NCBI GenBank assembly: GCA_036274335.1
Contig: DASUFW010000307.1
Coordinates: 1-62,678, forward strand
Length of the DNA stretch: 62,678 nt
Source: Burkholderiales bacterium
Lineage (GTDB): Bacteria > Pseudomonadota > Gammaproteobacteria > Burkholderiales > SG8-39
Direction of reading: 5' to 3'
Shown here: positions 9,720-20,498 of the stretch, one piece after another
Position numbering within the stretch: position 1 is the first letter of the stretch
Layout: the number at the start of each line of letters is the position of its first letter
The notes under the pieces: generated by a model
Told to the model about the DNA's origin: nothing
Seen by the model: only the letters and a program-made list of their open reading frames with translations
Databases searched by the model: none
Program-made: the position numbers and the translations under genes

Positions 9720-10286
9720 GCGGCGCAGGATCTCGATGCGATCGAGCGCGGCGTCCAGCTCCAGCAAGCGTTGCTTCGACTCGAGCGACAGGGGCAGCAG
9801 CTCGGCAAGGCGCGCGCTGACCCAGGCGGCGGACTCGTAGCGCGCAGGCGGCTCGAAAAGCCCTTCGCCGCCGGACTCGAGGGCGCGGCGCAGGATGCGT
9901 GCGCACAGGTCGTCGGCGGCGAGGCTCGAGTCCACTTCCTCGTCGAGCAGCGCCACCCGGGCGCGCGCCAGCCCGTCCTTCTGCACGCGCCGCTCGAGGA
10001 TGCGGAAGCGCCGCCCGCCCAGCGCGACGATCTGCAGTACGCCGAGCTGCGCCATGTCCCAGGCGTCGATGCGCGCGAGGCAGCCGACCTCGACGGGCTC
10101 CGCGGGCGCGCCGACCTCGGCGCCTTCACGGATGAGGCAGACCCCGAACGGCGCGTCTTCGCGCAGGCAGGTCTTCGCCATGTCCAGGTAGCGCTGCTCG
10201 AACAGACGCAGCGGCAGGCGCCCGCCCGGGAACAGGACGGTCTGCAGCGGAAACAGCGCGAGATCGGCGAGCTCGGGGGCGCTCAC
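9696..10286 (-). CDS. LON substrate-binding (N-terminal) domain protein
   Basis: GTG at 10286 overlaps the rapZ stop (GTGA). The 196-aa product LALFPLQTVLFPGGRLPLRLFEQRY... is typical of LON N-domain proteins. Confidence 0.75.
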   Translation of the reverse strand: MSAPELADLALFPLQTVLFPGGRLPLRLFEQRYLDMAKTCLREDAPFGVCLIREGAEVGAPAEPVEVGCLARIDAWDMAQLGVLQIVALGGRRFRILERRVQKDGLARARVALLDEEVDSSLAADDLCARILRRALESGGEGLFEPPARYESAAWVSARLAELLPLSLESKQRLLELDAALDRIEILRRLVRPTAA

Positions 10287-11122
10287 TCGCGCGCCAGGCC
10301 CCGGTGGCGCACCAGCACGCGCCAGTCGGCGGCGAATGCCGCCGCCAGCTTCTCGGCGATGTAGACCGAGCGGTGCCGGCCGCCGGTGCAACCGATCGCC
10401 ACCGTCAGATAGCTGCGGTGCTCCTTCACGATCTCCGGCAGCCAGCGCCCGAGAAAGTCCCGCACGTCGCCGAGCAGGCGCTGCACCGGCTCCTGCGCGT
10501 CCAGGAAGGCGGCCACCGGCGCGTCGCGTCCGGTGAGCGGGCGCAGCGCGGGGTCGTAGTGGGGATTGGGCAGCATGCGCGCATCGATGACCCAGTCGGC
10601 GTCGAGCGGGATGCCGTCGCGGAAAGCAAAGGACTCGAACAGCACGGCGAGCGAGCCGATGCCCAGCCCGAGCAGGTCGCGGATCCACTGGCGCAGCACG
10701 CGCGGCTGCAGCTCGCTCGTGTCGATACGGTGCCCGAGCTCGGCGACCCCGGCGAGCAGCGACCGTTCGCGCGCGATCGCCTCGTCGAGCGCGAGGCCCT
10801 CCACGGTGAGCGGGTGCCGGCGGCGGGTCTCCGAGAAGCGCCGCACCAGCGTCTGGGTGTTCGCTTCGAGGAACAGCAGGCGGCATTCGACGCCGCCGGC
10901 CTTGAGGCGGGTGACCTGCTCGGGCAGCGCCGCGAGCGCGGCGCTGCGTGCATCCACGCTCACGGCCGCGCGCTCGTGGCCGGCCTCGCCGAGAAAACGC
11001 ACCACGTCCATCAGCAGCGTCGCCGGCAGGTTATCGACGCAGTAGTGGCCCGCGTCCTCCAGCACGTCGAGCGCGATGCTCTTGCCGGCGCCCGACAGCC
11101 CGCTGACCAGGACGAGCTGCAC
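10283..11122 (-). CDS. rapZ: RNase adapter protein RapZ
   Basis: GTG at 11122 gives VQLVLVSGLSGAGKS (P-loop at the extreme N-terminus, as in RapZ/YhbJ). Conserved position after hprK/ptsN. Confidence 0.9.
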   Translation of the reverse strand: MQLVLVSGLSGAGKSIALDVLEDAGHYCVDNLPATLLMDVVRFLGEAGHERAAVSVDARSAALAALPEQVTRLKAGGVECRLLFLEANTQTLVRRFSETRRRHPLTVEGLALDEAIARERSLLAGVAELGHRIDTSELQPRVLRQWIRDLLGLGIGSLAVLFESFAFRDGIPLDADWVIDARMLPNPHYDPALRPLTGRDAPVAAFLDAQEPVQRLLGDVRDFLGRWLPEIVKEHRSYLTVAIGCTGGRHRSVYIAEKLAAAFAADWRVLVRHRGLARE

Positions 11123-11133
11123 GCGGCGCTGCT

Positions 11134-12042
11134 CTAGCTGCCGTCCATGGCGCGCTTCTGCCTCGCCATGAACTGCGCACCCGAGTGAATGCCTCGCAGC
11201 TGCAGGATGTAGTTGCGCACCGCGGCCTCGAGCAGGACGGCGAGGTTGCGTCCCGCAGCGACCGGGATCACCACCTTGCGCACCGTCACGCCGAGGATCT
11301 CCTCCGACTGCTCGGCGAGCGGCAGGCGCTCCGAGACGTCGCGGCTGCCGGCCGCCGCCGGCTTGTCCAGGTGCGCGATGAGCTTCAGCTTCATCTTCGG
11401 CCGCACCGCGGTTTCGCCGAAGATCGTGCGCACGTCGAGCAGGCCCAGGCCGCGCACCTCGATGAAGTCCCTCAGCATCGGCGGGCAGCGGCCTTCGAGC
11501 GTATCGGGGGCGAGGCGGGAGATCTCGACCACGTCGTCGGCCACCAGCCCGTGGCCGCGGCTGATGAGCTCCAGACCGAGCTCGCTCTTGCCCACGCCCG
11601 ACTCGCCCGTGATCAGGACGCCGAGGCCGAGCACGTCCATCAGCACGCCGTGCCGCTCGGTGCGCTCGGCCAGGGACTTGGCGAGGTAGCGCGCCAGCTT
11701 TTCGATGACGCGCACCGCCGGCTGGGGCGTGGTGAACAGCGGCGTGCCCGATCGCTCGGCGCGCTCCTGGAGCACGCGCGGGACGGCGATGTCGTCGGCG
11801 AGGATGATCGCAGCGGGCGCGCCCTCGAACAGTGCGTCGGCGAATCGCTCGAGCGCGGGCGCCTCGTCGGCGCCCGCGACCTGGATGCGGTTCGGATGGG
11901 TGAGGTTGAGGTGACCGATCAGCGCGGCCGACGCGGCCACGTCGCGGCGCACGACCGCGCCGCCGTCGCGCCCCGCGATCCACGCGAGCGCCAGGGCCGC
12001 GCCGTTGTCGTCATGCAACCGCTTGACGCTGACCTGCTGCAT
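11134..12042 (-). CDS. hprK: HPr kinase/phosphorylase
   Basis: 302 aa with the motif GESGVGKSELGLELISRGHGLVADD. Sits in the rpoN-ptsN neighbourhood. Confidence 0.9.
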   Translation of the reverse strand: MQQVSVKRLHDDNGAALALAWIAGRDGGAVVRRDVAASAALIGHLNLTHPNRIQVAGADEAPALERFADALFEGAPAAIILADDIAVPRVLQERAERSGTPLFTTPQPAVRVIEKLARYLAKSLAERTERHGVLMDVLGLGVLITGESGVGKSELGLELISRGHGLVADDVVEISRLAPDTLEGRCPPMLRDFIEVRGLGLLDVRTIFGETAVRPKMKLKLIAHLDKPAAAGSRDVSERLPLAEQSEEILGVTVRKVVIPVAAGRNLAVLLEAAVRNYILQLRGIHSGAQFMARQKRAMDGS

Positions 12043-12496
12043 CGGGCTGCCACGCGGTGATCAGCTGGTGCAGGGCGGCGGGGTCCGCGGCTGCCGTCAT
12101 GGCATCGCGCAGGGCCCGGTCGCTGAACATCTGCGCGAGCTCGGACAGGATCTGCAGGTGCTTCTCGGTGGCCTGCTCGGGCACGAGCAGCGCGAACAGC
12201 AGGTGCACGGGCTTGCCGTCGGGGGAATCGAACGGCACCGGCTGGGCGAGGCGCACGAACGCGCCCAGCGCGTCCTTCAGGCCCTTGATGCGCCCATGCG
12301 GGATGGCGACCCCCTGCCCGAGGCCGGTGGAACCGAGCCGCTCGCGGGCGAACAGGCTGTCGAACACCAGGCTGCGGCCGATGCCGTGGTTGTTCTCGAA
12401 CAGCAGCCCCACCTGCTCGAACAGGCGCTTCTTGCTCGACACCTGGAGATCGAGCAGGACGTTGGCGGGGGGCAGGAGTTTCGCGACCAGACTCAT
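12011..12496 (-). CDS. ptsN: PTS IIA-like nitrogen regulatory protein
   Basis: 161 aa with the EIIA-Ntr motif GQGVAIPHGR. Located downstream of rpoN-hpf. Confidence 0.9.
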   Translation of the reverse strand: MSLVAKLLPPANVLLDLQVSSKKRLFEQVGLLFENNHGIGRSLVFDSLFARERLGSTGLGQGVAIPHGRIKGLKDALGAFVRLAQPVPFDSPDGKPVHLLFALLVPEQATEKHLQILSELAQMFSDRALRDAMTAAADPAALHQLITAWQPDAAGQRQAVA

Positions 12497-12585
12497 GGAC
12501 GGGCGCCCTTGCGGCGGCGCAGCAGAGGGCGCGGATTATAGCCCAAAGGCGGAACTTGACAGGGACTCGTCAGGTCGCTGCCCGC

Positions 12586-12906
12586 TCAGGCATTGTCCGC
12601 GCGCCGGGGAGTCTCATGAGACTTGTCCTGGCGCTTGTCCTTGTACTTGAGGACCTGCCGGTCGAGCTTGTCGACGAGCAGGTCGATCGCGGCATAGAGG
12701 TCCTGGTCCTCGCTGGCGCAGTGGATGTCCTTGCCGCGCACGTGCAGCGTGACCTCGGCCTTCTGGCGCAGCTTGTCGACCGACAGCACGACGTGCGCGT
12801 CGATGACGTGGTCGAAATGCCGCGTCACGCGTCCCAGCTTCTCGCGCACGTAGTCGCGCAAGGCGGGGGAGACCTCGAGATGGTGGCCGCTCACGTTCAG
12901 GTTCAT
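12586..12906 (-). CDS. hpf: Ribosome hibernation promoting factor (sigma-54 modulation protein)
   Basis: ATG at 12906. The 106-aa product MNLNVSGHHLEVSPALRDYVREKL... is a classic HPF/YfiA N-terminus. Immediately follows rpoN. Confidence 0.9.
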   Translation of the reverse strand: MNLNVSGHHLEVSPALRDYVREKLGRVTRHFDHVIDAHVVLSVDKLRQKAEVTLHVRGKDIHCASEDQDLYAAIDLLVDKLDRQVLKYKDKRQDKSHETPRRADNA

Positions 12907-12914
12907 CGATGCTC

Positions 12915-14327
12915 CTAGAGGCTCTTTCTCTGATTGACAGGGGGGATCTGCAGCGACTCGCGGTACTTGGCGATCGTGCGGCGCGCCACCTTGATGCCCT
13001 GCTGCGCGAGGACATCCGCGATGCGCGAATCCGACAGCGGCGCAAGCGGGTTCTCGGCCGCCACCAGCTGGCGGATGAGGGCGCGGATCGCGGTGGACGA
13101 GGCTGCGCCGCCGGTGTCCGTGGCGACGTGGCTGCCGAAGAAGTACTTCAGCTCGAAGGTGCCGCGCGGCGACGCCATGAACTTCTGCGTGGTGACGCGC
13201 GAGATGGTGCTCTCGTGCAGGCCCAGCGTCTCGGCGATCTCGCGCAGCACCATGGGGCGCATGGCGACCTCGCCGTGCTCGAAGAAGTGGCGCTGCCGGT
13301 CGACGATCGCCTGCGAGACGCGCAGGATGGTGTCGAAGCGCTGCTGCACGTTCTTGATCAGCCAGCGCGCCTCCTGCAGCTTGGAGGCGAGCGCGTTGGT
13401 GCCGTTCCGGCTGCTGCCGGCGAGGTCCGCGTACAGGCGGTTGATGCGCAGGCGCGGCTTCGCCTCGGGGTTGAGGCTCGCGCGCCAGACGTTCTTGACC
13501 TTGCGCACGATCACGTCCGGGATCATGTAGCGCGTCTCGACCCGCGCAAACGCGGCGCCGGGCCGCGGGTTGAGGCTCTGGATGAGCTTCTGCGCCGCGC
13601 GCAGCGCTTCCTCGGGCGCGCCGGTCGCGGCGCGCAGGCGCGCGTAGTCCCGGCCCGCCAGCAGCTCGAGGTGCTTGGCAGCGATCTCCAGCGCGAGCGC
13701 GGCGGCCGGGTGCTCGTCGAGGGCGCGCAGCTGCAGCACCAGGCATTCCGCCACCGAGCGCGCGCCGACGCCGGGCGGCTCGAAGTTCTGGAGGTGTCGC
13801 AGCGCGATGCCGAGCTCCTCGGCGTCCACCTCGACCTCGGGCGCAAACAGGGCTGCGATCTCCTCGAGCGGCTGCGTCAGGTAGCCGTCGTCGTCCAGTG
13901 CGTCGACCAGTACCGCAACGAGCGCGCGGTCCCGCTCGCCGATGCCGGTGAGCGTCAGCTGCTCGTTGAGATGGTCGCGCAGCGTCGGCGTGTCGGCCGC
14001 CGCGAACGTACGGTCGCCGTCGTCGTCTTCGTCCCCGCGCCAGGTCGGCGCGCTCGCCTCCGCGAGCCAGTCCTCGCGGCGCTCCGCCGCGTCTTCGCCG
14101 CCGGCCGCCGCCGGCTCCGCCGTCGTGAGCGCTTCCCGCTGGGGCGCGTACGAACCCGTCGCCTCGAGGTCGGCATCCTCGCGCTCGAGGATGGGGTTCT
14201 CCATCAGCAGGCGCTCGATCTCCTGGTTCAGCTCGACCGTGGACAGCTGCAACAGGCGGATCGACTGCTGCAGCTGCGGCGTCAGCGTCAGGTGCTGCGA
14301 GAGCCGGAACTGCAGGGTGGGCTTCAT
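12915..14327 (-). CDS. rpoN: RNA polymerase sigma-54 factor
   Basis: 470 aa. N-terminus [29 protein letters not shown] and the C-terminal RpoN box [10 protein letters not shown]. Confidence 0.95.
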   Translation of the reverse strand: MKPTLQFRLSQHLTLTPQLQQSIRLLQLSTVELNQEIERLLMENPILEREDADLEATGSYAPQREALTTAEPAAAGGEDAAERREDWLAEASAPTWRGDEDDDGDRTFAAADTPTLRDHLNEQLTLTGIGERDRALVAVLVDALDDDGYLTQPLEEIAALFAPEVEVDAEELGIALRHLQNFEPPGVGARSVAECLVLQLRALDEHPAAALALEIAAKHLELLAGRDYARLRAATGAPEEALRAAQKLIQSLNPRPGAAFARVETRYMIPDVIVRKVKNVWRASLNPEAKPRLRINRLYADLAGSSRNGTNALASKLQEARWLIKNVQQRFDTILRVSQAIVDRQRHFFEHGEVAMRPMVLREIAETLGLHESTISRVTTQKFMASPRGTFELKYFFGSHVATDTGGAASSTAIRALIRQLVAAENPLAPLSDSRIADVLAQQGIKVARRTIAKYRESLQIPPVNQRKSL

Positions 14328-14356
14328 GAACAGTTGGACCAGCGCGGCCGCGCGGT

Positions 14357-15079
14357 TTACATGCGGAAATGCTCGCCGAGATAGACCCGGCGCACGCTGT
14401 CATTATAGACGATCTCCTCGGGGTGACCCGAGGCGAGAACGGCGCCTTCGTTGATGATATAGGCGCGATCGCAGATGCCCAGCGTCTCGCGAACGTTATG
14501 ATCTGTAATGAGCACGCCGATCTGGCGCTCCTTGAGGAACCGGATGATGCGCTGGATGTCCAGCACGGCGATCGGGTCCACCCCGGCGAAGGGCTCGTCG
14601 AGCAGGATGAACACCGGTTTGGTGGCCAGCGCCCGCGCGATCTCCAGCCGGCGCCTTTCGCCCCCCGACAGCGACAGCGCCGCGTGCTTGCGCAGATGCG
14701 CGATGTTCAGGTCCTTGAGCAGCTCCTGGAGGCGCGGCTCGATGTCGCTGCGCGCGATCGCCTGCAGCTCGAGGACCGCCTGGACGTTCTCCTCCACCGT
14801 GAGCTTGCGGAAGACCGAGTTCTCCTGCGGCAGGTAGGAAAGCCCCAGCCGCGCGCGCGCGTGGATGGGCAGGTGCGTCAGCTCGCGGCCATCGAGGTGG
14901 ATGCGGCCCGAGTCCGCGGCGATCAGTCCCACGATCATGTAGAAGCAGGTGGTCTTGCCCGCCCCGTTCGGCCCGAGCAGCCCCACGACCTCCCCGCTCG
15001 CCACTTCGAGCGAGACGTCCTGGACGACGGCTCGCGACTTGTAGCGCTTGCGCAGCCGCTCGCAGCGCAGCTCGCTCAC
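14357..15079 (-). CDS. lptB: LPS export ABC transporter ATP-binding protein
   Basis: GTG at 15079 overlaps the lptA stop (GTGA). Walker [10 protein letters not shown] and signature LSGGERRR. Canonical lptA-lptB-rpoN order. Confidence 0.95.
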   Translation of the reverse strand: MSELRCERLRKRYKSRAVVQDVSLEVASGEVVGLLGPNGAGKTTCFYMIVGLIAADSGRIHLDGRELTHLPIHARARLGLSYLPQENSVFRKLTVEENVQAVLELQAIARSDIEPRLQELLKDLNIAHLRKHAALSLSGGERRRLEIARALATKPVFILLDEPFAGVDPIAVLDIQRIIRFLKERQIGVLITDHNVRETLGICDRAYIINEGAVLASGHPEEIVYNDSVRRVYLGEHFRM

Positions 15080-15690
15080 GGACGCGCCTCGGGCTTGGCG
15101 GGCGCGGCCGTCTCGGACTTCCTGGGGGCGGGCGCCGCCGGCTCCGGCTTCTTCGGCGCGGCGGCCTCCGGCTCGGGCTTCTGCGTCGGCTGGATCACCG
15201 CGGTGACGCGCGGCGCGCCCTTGGCGCTCGATACCGAGAAGAACTCCGAGCGCTGGTCGTAGAGGATGTAGCTGCCGCGCAGCACGTCCTTGTCGCGCGT
15301 CACACGGGCGCTGTCGAACAGCTCGACGCGCTCGCTGCGCTCGTCGATCTCCACGCGCGCGGCCTCTGCCTCGATCCACACGCCTTCCTGGCCGCCGCGC
15401 GGGTCGCTCTTCTGCCGGAAGCGCACCGGGTCGCCGGTGGCGGTGGCGAACTGGAAGCCGTCGGCGTCCTGGCGCACGACGATGCGATCGGCATGGAGCT
15501 GCATCGTGCCCTTGGTGAGCACCACGCTGCCCTCGAAGATGCTGACGCGCCGGGCTTCGTCGGACGTCATGCGATTCGCCTCGACCTGCGTGGGCCTTTC
15601 GCGGTCGGCCTTCTCCGCCCTGGCGGTCGGCGCCGACCCGGCGAGCAGCGCGAGCGCAGCGAGGCATGCCAGGGGGCGCGCGCGGGTCAT
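15076..15690 (-). CDS. lptA: LPS transport periplasmic protein LptA
   Basis: 204 aa with a signal peptide and an OstA-like body. Positioned between lptC and lptB. Confidence 0.85.
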   Translation of the reverse strand: MTRARPLACLAALALLAGSAPTARAEKADRERPTQVEANRMTSDEARRVSIFEGSVVLTKGTMQLHADRIVVRQDADGFQFATATGDPVRFRQKSDPRGGQEGVWIEAEAARVEIDERSERVELFDSARVTRDKDVLRGSYILYDQRSEFFSVSSAKGAPRVTAVIQPTQKPEPEAAAPKKPEPAAPAPRKSETAAPAKPEARP

Positions 15691-16256
15691 CGCTTGGCCT
15701 CGATCTGCCCGCGCACCTCGGAGAGCAGCGTCAGGCGGCGGGCGACGTTGTCGTAGTCCATGCCGCGGCCGGCCAGCATGCGCCCGGGCTCCTCGATCTG
15801 CACTTCGCGATCGGTGGTCGCGACGCCGCGCGTGCGCTGCAAATGAAGATACGAGGTCCGCATGCGCGCCTCCGGCACCTCGCCCGCCGCCTCGCGCACT
15901 AGCAGCACGTTGTCGTTGAGGTAGATGTCTTCCGCGTCGCGCGACAGCGTGCCGCGGTCCGCGCTCAGCACCAGGCGGGGCTGGCCGGCGCGGGTCCGCA
16001 CGAGCCTTGGCGCGGCGAGCACCGTCGTGTCGTCCTCGGGATAGTGCACCATGCGGATCGCGGACAGCGTGGACTCGGGCGAGCCGTCCCGGCCATAGTC
16101 CGTGATCGTGAAATGCTCGGCGCTGTAGTCGGCGTTATGGCGATTCGGGGCCACCGGCCCCGGCGCCTCGCGTGTCGTGCGATCCAGCCAGAAGCTGAGC
16201 AGGGCCAGGGCGAGCATCAGCACCAGCGGGAAGATGCGCGTCGAGCCGAGCCTCAC
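15687..16256 (-). CDS. lptC: LPS export system protein LptC
   Basis: GTG at 16256 overlaps the kdsC stop. 189 aa with an N-terminal TM anchor ([17 protein letters not shown]). Position between kdsC and lptA. Confidence 0.75.
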   Translation of the reverse strand: MRLGSTRIFPLVLMLALALLSFWLDRTTREAPGPVAPNRHNADYSAEHFTITDYGRDGSPESTLSAIRMVHYPEDDTTVLAAPRLVRTRAGQPRLVLSADRGTLSRDAEDIYLNDNVLLVREAAGEVPEARMRTSYLHLQRTRGVATTDREVQIEEPGRMLAGRGMDYDNVARRLTLLSEVRGQIEAKR

Positions 16257-16783
16257 GCGGCCTCCGTATCGGCGCCGAGCTGGCCCTGCGCGCGCAGGAC
16301 GAACTCGCACACCTCGCGCACGGCGCCGGCGCCCGCGGGCGCCTCGGCCACGTAGTGTGCGACGCGCAGCGCGGCCGCGTGCGCGTCGCGCGGCGCGATG
16401 GCGAACCCGCATCGCGACAGCACCGGCAGGTCCGGCAGGTCATCGCCCATGTACCCGGCGGCGGCGGCGTCGACCCCGAGTCGCGACAACAGCTCGTCGT
16501 AGGCCGGCCCCTTGTCCTGCACGCCCTGCAGCACGTGCGCGAGGCCCAGTTCCGCCGCGCGCGCCGCGACGGCGGCCGAGCGCCGCCCGGTGAGCAGCGC
16601 CGTCGCGATGCCGTGCTCGGCCAGCATGCGCAGGCCGTGCCCGTCGCGCACATGGAAGACCTTGAGGGTCTCGCCGTCCGGACCGAACCACAGGCGGCCG
16701 TCCGTCAGCACCCCGTCCACGTCGAAGACCATGAGCCGGAGGCGCCGCGCCCGCTGCAGCGCGTCCGCGGAGACCTGCGCCAT
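16253..16783 (-). CDS. kdsC: 3-deoxy-D-manno-octulosonate 8-phosphate phosphatase
   Basis: 176 aa with the HAD motif FDVDGVLTDG. Follows kdsD. Confidence 0.9.
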   Translation of the reverse strand: MAQVSADALQRARRLRLMVFDVDGVLTDGRLWFGPDGETLKVFHVRDGHGLRMLAEHGIATALLTGRRSAAVAARAAELGLAHVLQGVQDKGPAYDELLSRLGVDAAAAGYMGDDLPDLPVLSRCGFAIAPRDAHAAALRVAHYVAEAPAGAGAVREVCEFVLRAQGQLGADTEAA

Positions 16784-16787
16784 CGCT

Positions 16788-17810
16788 TCACACCACCTTT
16801 GCCCGCAGCAGATCGTTCATGTTGAGCGCGCCGACCAGCGCGCCGCGTCCATCGACCACCAGCAGCTGGCTGATGCGGTGGCGCTCCATCAGGGCCACCG
16901 CCTCGGCGGCCAGCGCCTCGGGGCCGATGGTGCGCGGGCCGCTCGTCATCAGCTTGCCGATGCGCGTGCTCGCGGGGCGCGTGCCCTTCTTGAGCGCGCG
17001 GCGCAGGTCGCCGTCGGTGAAGATTCCCTTCACGCGGCGCGCCGCGTCGACCACCGCCGTCATGCCCAGGCCGCCGCGCGTCATCTCGTCCAGCGCGTGC
17101 TTGAGCGTCGCGCTCTCGCGCACGGTCGGAACGCTCGCGCCGCGATGCATGATGTCGCCGACGTGCTTGAGCGCCTCGCGGTGCAGCGAGCCGCCCGGAT
17201 GGGAACGAGCGAAGTCGGCGGCGGTGAAGCCGCGTGCGTCGAGGAGCGCGATGGCGAGCGCGTCGCCGAGCGCGAGCGCCGCAGTCGTGCTGGCGGTGGG
17301 CGCAAGGTTGTGCGGGCAGGCCTCCTTCGCGACGCCGGCGTCGAGCAGCACGTCGGCCTCCCGGGCAAGCGCCGACGCGGGTTTGCCGGTGATCACCACC
17401 AGCTTCGCGCCCTCGCGCTTCACGGCGGGCACGATGCGCAGCAGCTCGGCGCTCTCCCCCGAGTGCGAGATGCCGATGAACACGTCCTCGGCGCGGATCA
17501 TGCCGAGGTCGCCATGGCTCGCTTCAGCGGGATGCACGAAGTAGGCGGGCGTGCCCGTGCTCGCCATGGTGGAGGCGATCTTGCGCGCGATGTGGCCCGA
17601 CTTGCCGATGCCGCTGACGATGACGCGGCCCCGACGGCTGTCGACGCACGCCTGGATCAGGTGCAGCGCGTCGAGAAATCGCGCATCGAGTCGCTCGATC
17701 AACGCGCGCACGGCGTCGGCTTCGATCGCCAGCACGCGCCGCGCGAGCGCCAGCGCGCCCTCGTCGGTCCGGGGCGCCGCCTGCTCAACGGCACGTGCTG
17801 CGCTTATCAT
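16788..17810 (-). CDS. kdsD: Arabinose-5-phosphate isomerase
   Basis: In-frame ATG at 17810. SIS domain (VSGIGKSGHIARKIASTMASTG) plus tandem CBS domains. Confidence 0.9.
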   Translation of the reverse strand: MISAARAVEQAAPRTDEGALALARRVLAIEADAVRALIERLDARFLDALHLIQACVDSRRGRVIVSGIGKSGHIARKIASTMASTGTPAYFVHPAEASHGDLGMIRAEDVFIGISHSGESAELLRIVPAVKREGAKLVVITGKPASALAREADVLLDAGVAKEACPHNLAPTASTTAALALGDALAIALLDARGFTAADFARSHPGGSLHREALKHVGDIMHRGASVPTVRESATLKHALDEMTRGGLGMTAVVDAARRVKGIFTDGDLRRALKKGTRPASTRIGKLMTSGPRTIGPEALAAEAVALMERHRISQLLVVDGRGALVGALNMNDLLRAKVV

Positions 17811-17856
17811 AGTCACGAAGTATAACCCTGAGTTTTCGAGGACTTTTCCGTCGGAT

Positions 17857-19836
17857 ATGGACGCCACCGGCTTCGCGCTGCTCCCCGTCCTCGTGCTGCT
17901 CGCCGGCGGCGTGCTGGCGGTCGTCGCCTGCCGCAGCCTCGGGCTCCCGCCGGTCATCGGCTACCTGGCGGCGGGGGTGGCGCTCGGCCCGCACGCGCTC
18001 GGTCTGGTCGCCGGCACGGCCTCCGTGCGCCGGCTGGCGGAGTTCGGCGTCGTGTTCCTGATGTTCTCGATCGGCCTCGAGTTCAGCCTGACGAAGTTGC
18101 GCGCCATGGGGCGCTCCGTGTTCGGCCTGGGCCTCGCGCAGGTCGCGGTGAGCATCGCGCTGTGCGTCGCTTCGGCGCTCTTGGTCGGCGGATCCTGGCA
18201 GGCGGGCATCGCGCTGGGCGGCGCGCTCGCCATGTCCTCGACCGCGATCGTCTCCAAGCTCCTGGGCGAGCGCCTGGAGCTGGACACGCCCCACGGCCGC
18301 GACGCCATCGGCGTCCTGCTGTTCCAGGACCTCGCGGTGGTGCCGCTGCTCATCCTGGTCCCCGCGCTCGGCGCGCCGGTCGAAGCGATCGGCCGCGACA
18401 TCGCCGCCGCGCTTCTCAAGGGCGCGATCGTGCTGGCGATCGTGATCCTCGCGGGGCCGCGCGTCATGCGGGCCTGGTTCGGCGTCATCGCCCGGCGCCG
18501 CTCCACCGAGCTGTTCGTGCTCAACGTGCTGCTCATCACCCTGCTGCTCAGCTTCGTGACCGAATTCGCGGGCTTGTCGATGGCGCTGGGTGCGTTTCTC
18601 GCCGGCATGCTGATCTCGGAGACCGAGTTCCGCTACCAGGTCGACGAGGACATCAAGCCGTTCCGCGACGTGCTGCTCGGGCTGTTCTTCGTGAGCGTGG
18701 GCATGCTGCTCGACGTGGGCGAGGTGCTGGCGCGCGCCTGGCTCGTGCTGCTGCTGCTCGTCCTGCTGCTGGCGGTGAAAGGCGCCGTCATCGGACTGCT
18801 CGCGCGCGCCTTCGGCGCCGAGCCGGGGACGGCGCTGCGCACGGCGATCCTGCTTGCGCAGGGCAGCGAATTCGGCTTCGTGCTGCTCGCGCAGGCGCGC
18901 CTCGCCGGGCTGGCGCCCGAGCCGGTGCTGCAGGCGCTGCTCGCCGCCATGATCCTGTCCATGCTGGTGTCGCCCTTCCTGATCTCGGCAAGCGACCGCA
19001 TCGCGCTGCGCTTCGCAGCCTCCGAGTGGATGTCGCGTTCGCTGGCGATACACCGGGTTGCGGTCAGCACGCTGGAAACGGAGCGCCACGTCATCATCCT
19101 CGGCTACGGGCGCAACGGCCAGCGGCTGGCGCGCCTGCTCGAGGCCGAGGGCGTGCGCTATGTGGCGCTCGACCTCGACCCGGAGCGCGTGCGCGAGGCG
19201 GCGCTGGCCGGGGACACCGTGGTGTACGCGGACTGCTCGCGGCGCGAGGCCTTGGTGGCCGCCGGGGTGGCGCGCGCCGCGGCGGTCGTCGTGACGTTCG
19301 CCGACGTGGCCGCCGCGGCGCGGGTGCTTGCGCACGTGCACGCGCTGAATGCCTCGGTCCCCGTGATCGTGCGGGCGCGGGACGAAGGCGACATCGCGCC
19401 GCTGACGGCGGCAGGGGCGTCCGAGGTGGTGCCCGAAGCCTTCGAGTCGGGGCTGATGCTCGCCTCGCATGCGCTGGTTTGGGTTGGCGTGCCGCTGGCG
19501 CGCGTCATGCGGCGCGTAAGCCAGGTGCGCGAGCAGCAGTACGGCCTGTTGCGCGGCCTGTACCACGGGGCGAGCGACGCGCCGGATACGGGCGATAACC
19601 TGCAGCCCCGCCTGCACGCGGTGACGCTCGATGCGCGCGCCGCGGCGCTGGCGCGACCGCTGGACGTGCCGGCGCTGGAGGCGATCGGTGTCCAGGCGCG
19701 TGCCGTGCGCCGCCCCGGCCAGTCCAGGAAGCTCGCGCCCGAGGAGGCCGGCGAGCTGCGGGAAGGCGATGTCATCGTCCTGCTCGGGCCGCCGCCGGCG
19801 CTCGCCGTCGCCGAGATGCGCCTGCTCCAGGGCTAG
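17857..19836 (+). CDS. CPA2 family monovalent cation:proton antiporter with TrkA-N/TrkA-C domains (KefB/YbaL-like)
   Basis: ATG at 17857. 659 aa with a polytopic N-terminal part, then a Rossmann motif IILGYGRNGQRLARLL and a C-terminal regulatory domain. Confidence 0.85.
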   Translation: MDATGFALLPVLVLLAGGVLAVVACRSLGLPPVIGYLAAGVALGPHALGLVAGTASVRRLAEFGVVFLMFSIGLEFSLTKLRAMGRSVFGLGLAQVAVSIALCVASALLVGGSWQAGIALGGALAMSSTAIVSKLLGERLELDTPHGRDAIGVLLFQDLAVVPLLILVPALGAPVEAIGRDIAAALLKGAIVLAIVILAGPRVMRAWFGVIARRRSTELFVLNVLLITLLLSFVTEFAGLSMALGAFLAGMLISETEFRYQVDEDIKPFRDVLLGLFFVSVGMLLDVGEVLARAWLVLLLLVLLLAVKGAVIGLLARAFGAEPGTALRTAILLAQGSEFGFVLLAQARLAGLAPEPVLQALLAAMILSMLVSPFLISASDRIALRFAASEWMSRSLAIHRVAVSTLETERHVIILGYGRNGQRLARLLEAEGVRYVALDLDPERVREAALAGDTVVYADCSRREALVAAGVARAAAVVVTFADVAAAARVLAHVHALNASVPVIVRARDEGDIAPLTAAGASEVVPEAFESGLMLASHALVWVGVPLARVMRRVSQVREQQYGLLRGLYHGASDAPDTGDNLQPRLHAVTLDARAAALARPLDVPALEAIGVQARAVRRPGQSRKLAPEEAGELREGDVIVLLGPPPALAVAEMRLLQG

Positions 19837-19837
19837 C

Positions 19838-20479
19838 CTAGGGCATCTGCCGACAGACGGTGTACACGTTGGTGCCGGTCTCGGCGTACGCGGCGGGCAC
19901 CGAGGTGCCATCCACGGCCGGGCTGGGCGAGCTCTGCGCCAAGGCCCGCACGCTGCCCGTGGCGCCGTCCCCGTCGTCCATCTGCACGTCGACCGCCAGG
20001 GCGATCTTGTCCGGCAGGCTTGTCGAGCAGGCCATCAGCTGGCTCAGGCCGCCGAGCGTCGAGCCACCGGCGGCATCGCCGGTCTGCACGCCGATGATTC
20101 CCGACACCGCGTTGAACGGCTGCCTCTGCCCAGCGCCGACGATGAAGCCTGCCCGGCGCAGGTGGTCCCACCAGAGGCGCGATTCTCCCGAGCCGGCGCT
20201 CGCGTTGTAAGTGCCGCCGAGGATGCCGTCGCCGTTTCCGGGCGTCGCGCCCGTCCAGCGCGTCGCCCCCAGGTCGTCTCCGGGGATCGCGCGATAGCGA
20301 TCCTGGTAGCCGTGGTAGGCCGCGGAAATCCCGGAGAAGTCGGCGATCGCGCCTTTGACCTTCGCCTGCGCGATCAACTCCTGGCCCTTCAGGATGCCGC
20401 CGAGCAGCAGCCCGATGATGACCAGCACGATGGCGACCTCGACGAGGGTGAAGCCGGATTGGCGGCGCCGGGCGGCCAT
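19838..20479 (-). CDS. Type IV pilin, paralog 2 (prepilin-type N-terminal cleavage/methylation domain)
   Basis: ATG at 20479 preceded by AAGGAA. Leader MAARRRQSG followed by FTLVEVAIVLVIIGLL. C-terminal Cys pair. About 70% identical (by eye) to the upstream pilin. Confidence 0.85.
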   Translation of the reverse strand: MAARRRQSGFTLVEVAIVLVIIGLLLGGILKGQELIAQAKVKGAIADFSGISAAYHGYQDRYRAIPGDDLGATRWTGATPGNGDGILGGTYNASAGSGESRLWWDHLRRAGFIVGAGQRQPFNAVSGIIGVQTGDAAGGSTLGGLSQLMACSTSLPDKIALAVDVQMDDGDGATGSVRALAQSSPSPAVDGTSVPAAYAETGTNVYTVCRQMP

Positions 20480-20498
20480 GGGATCGTTCCTTGCTGGC

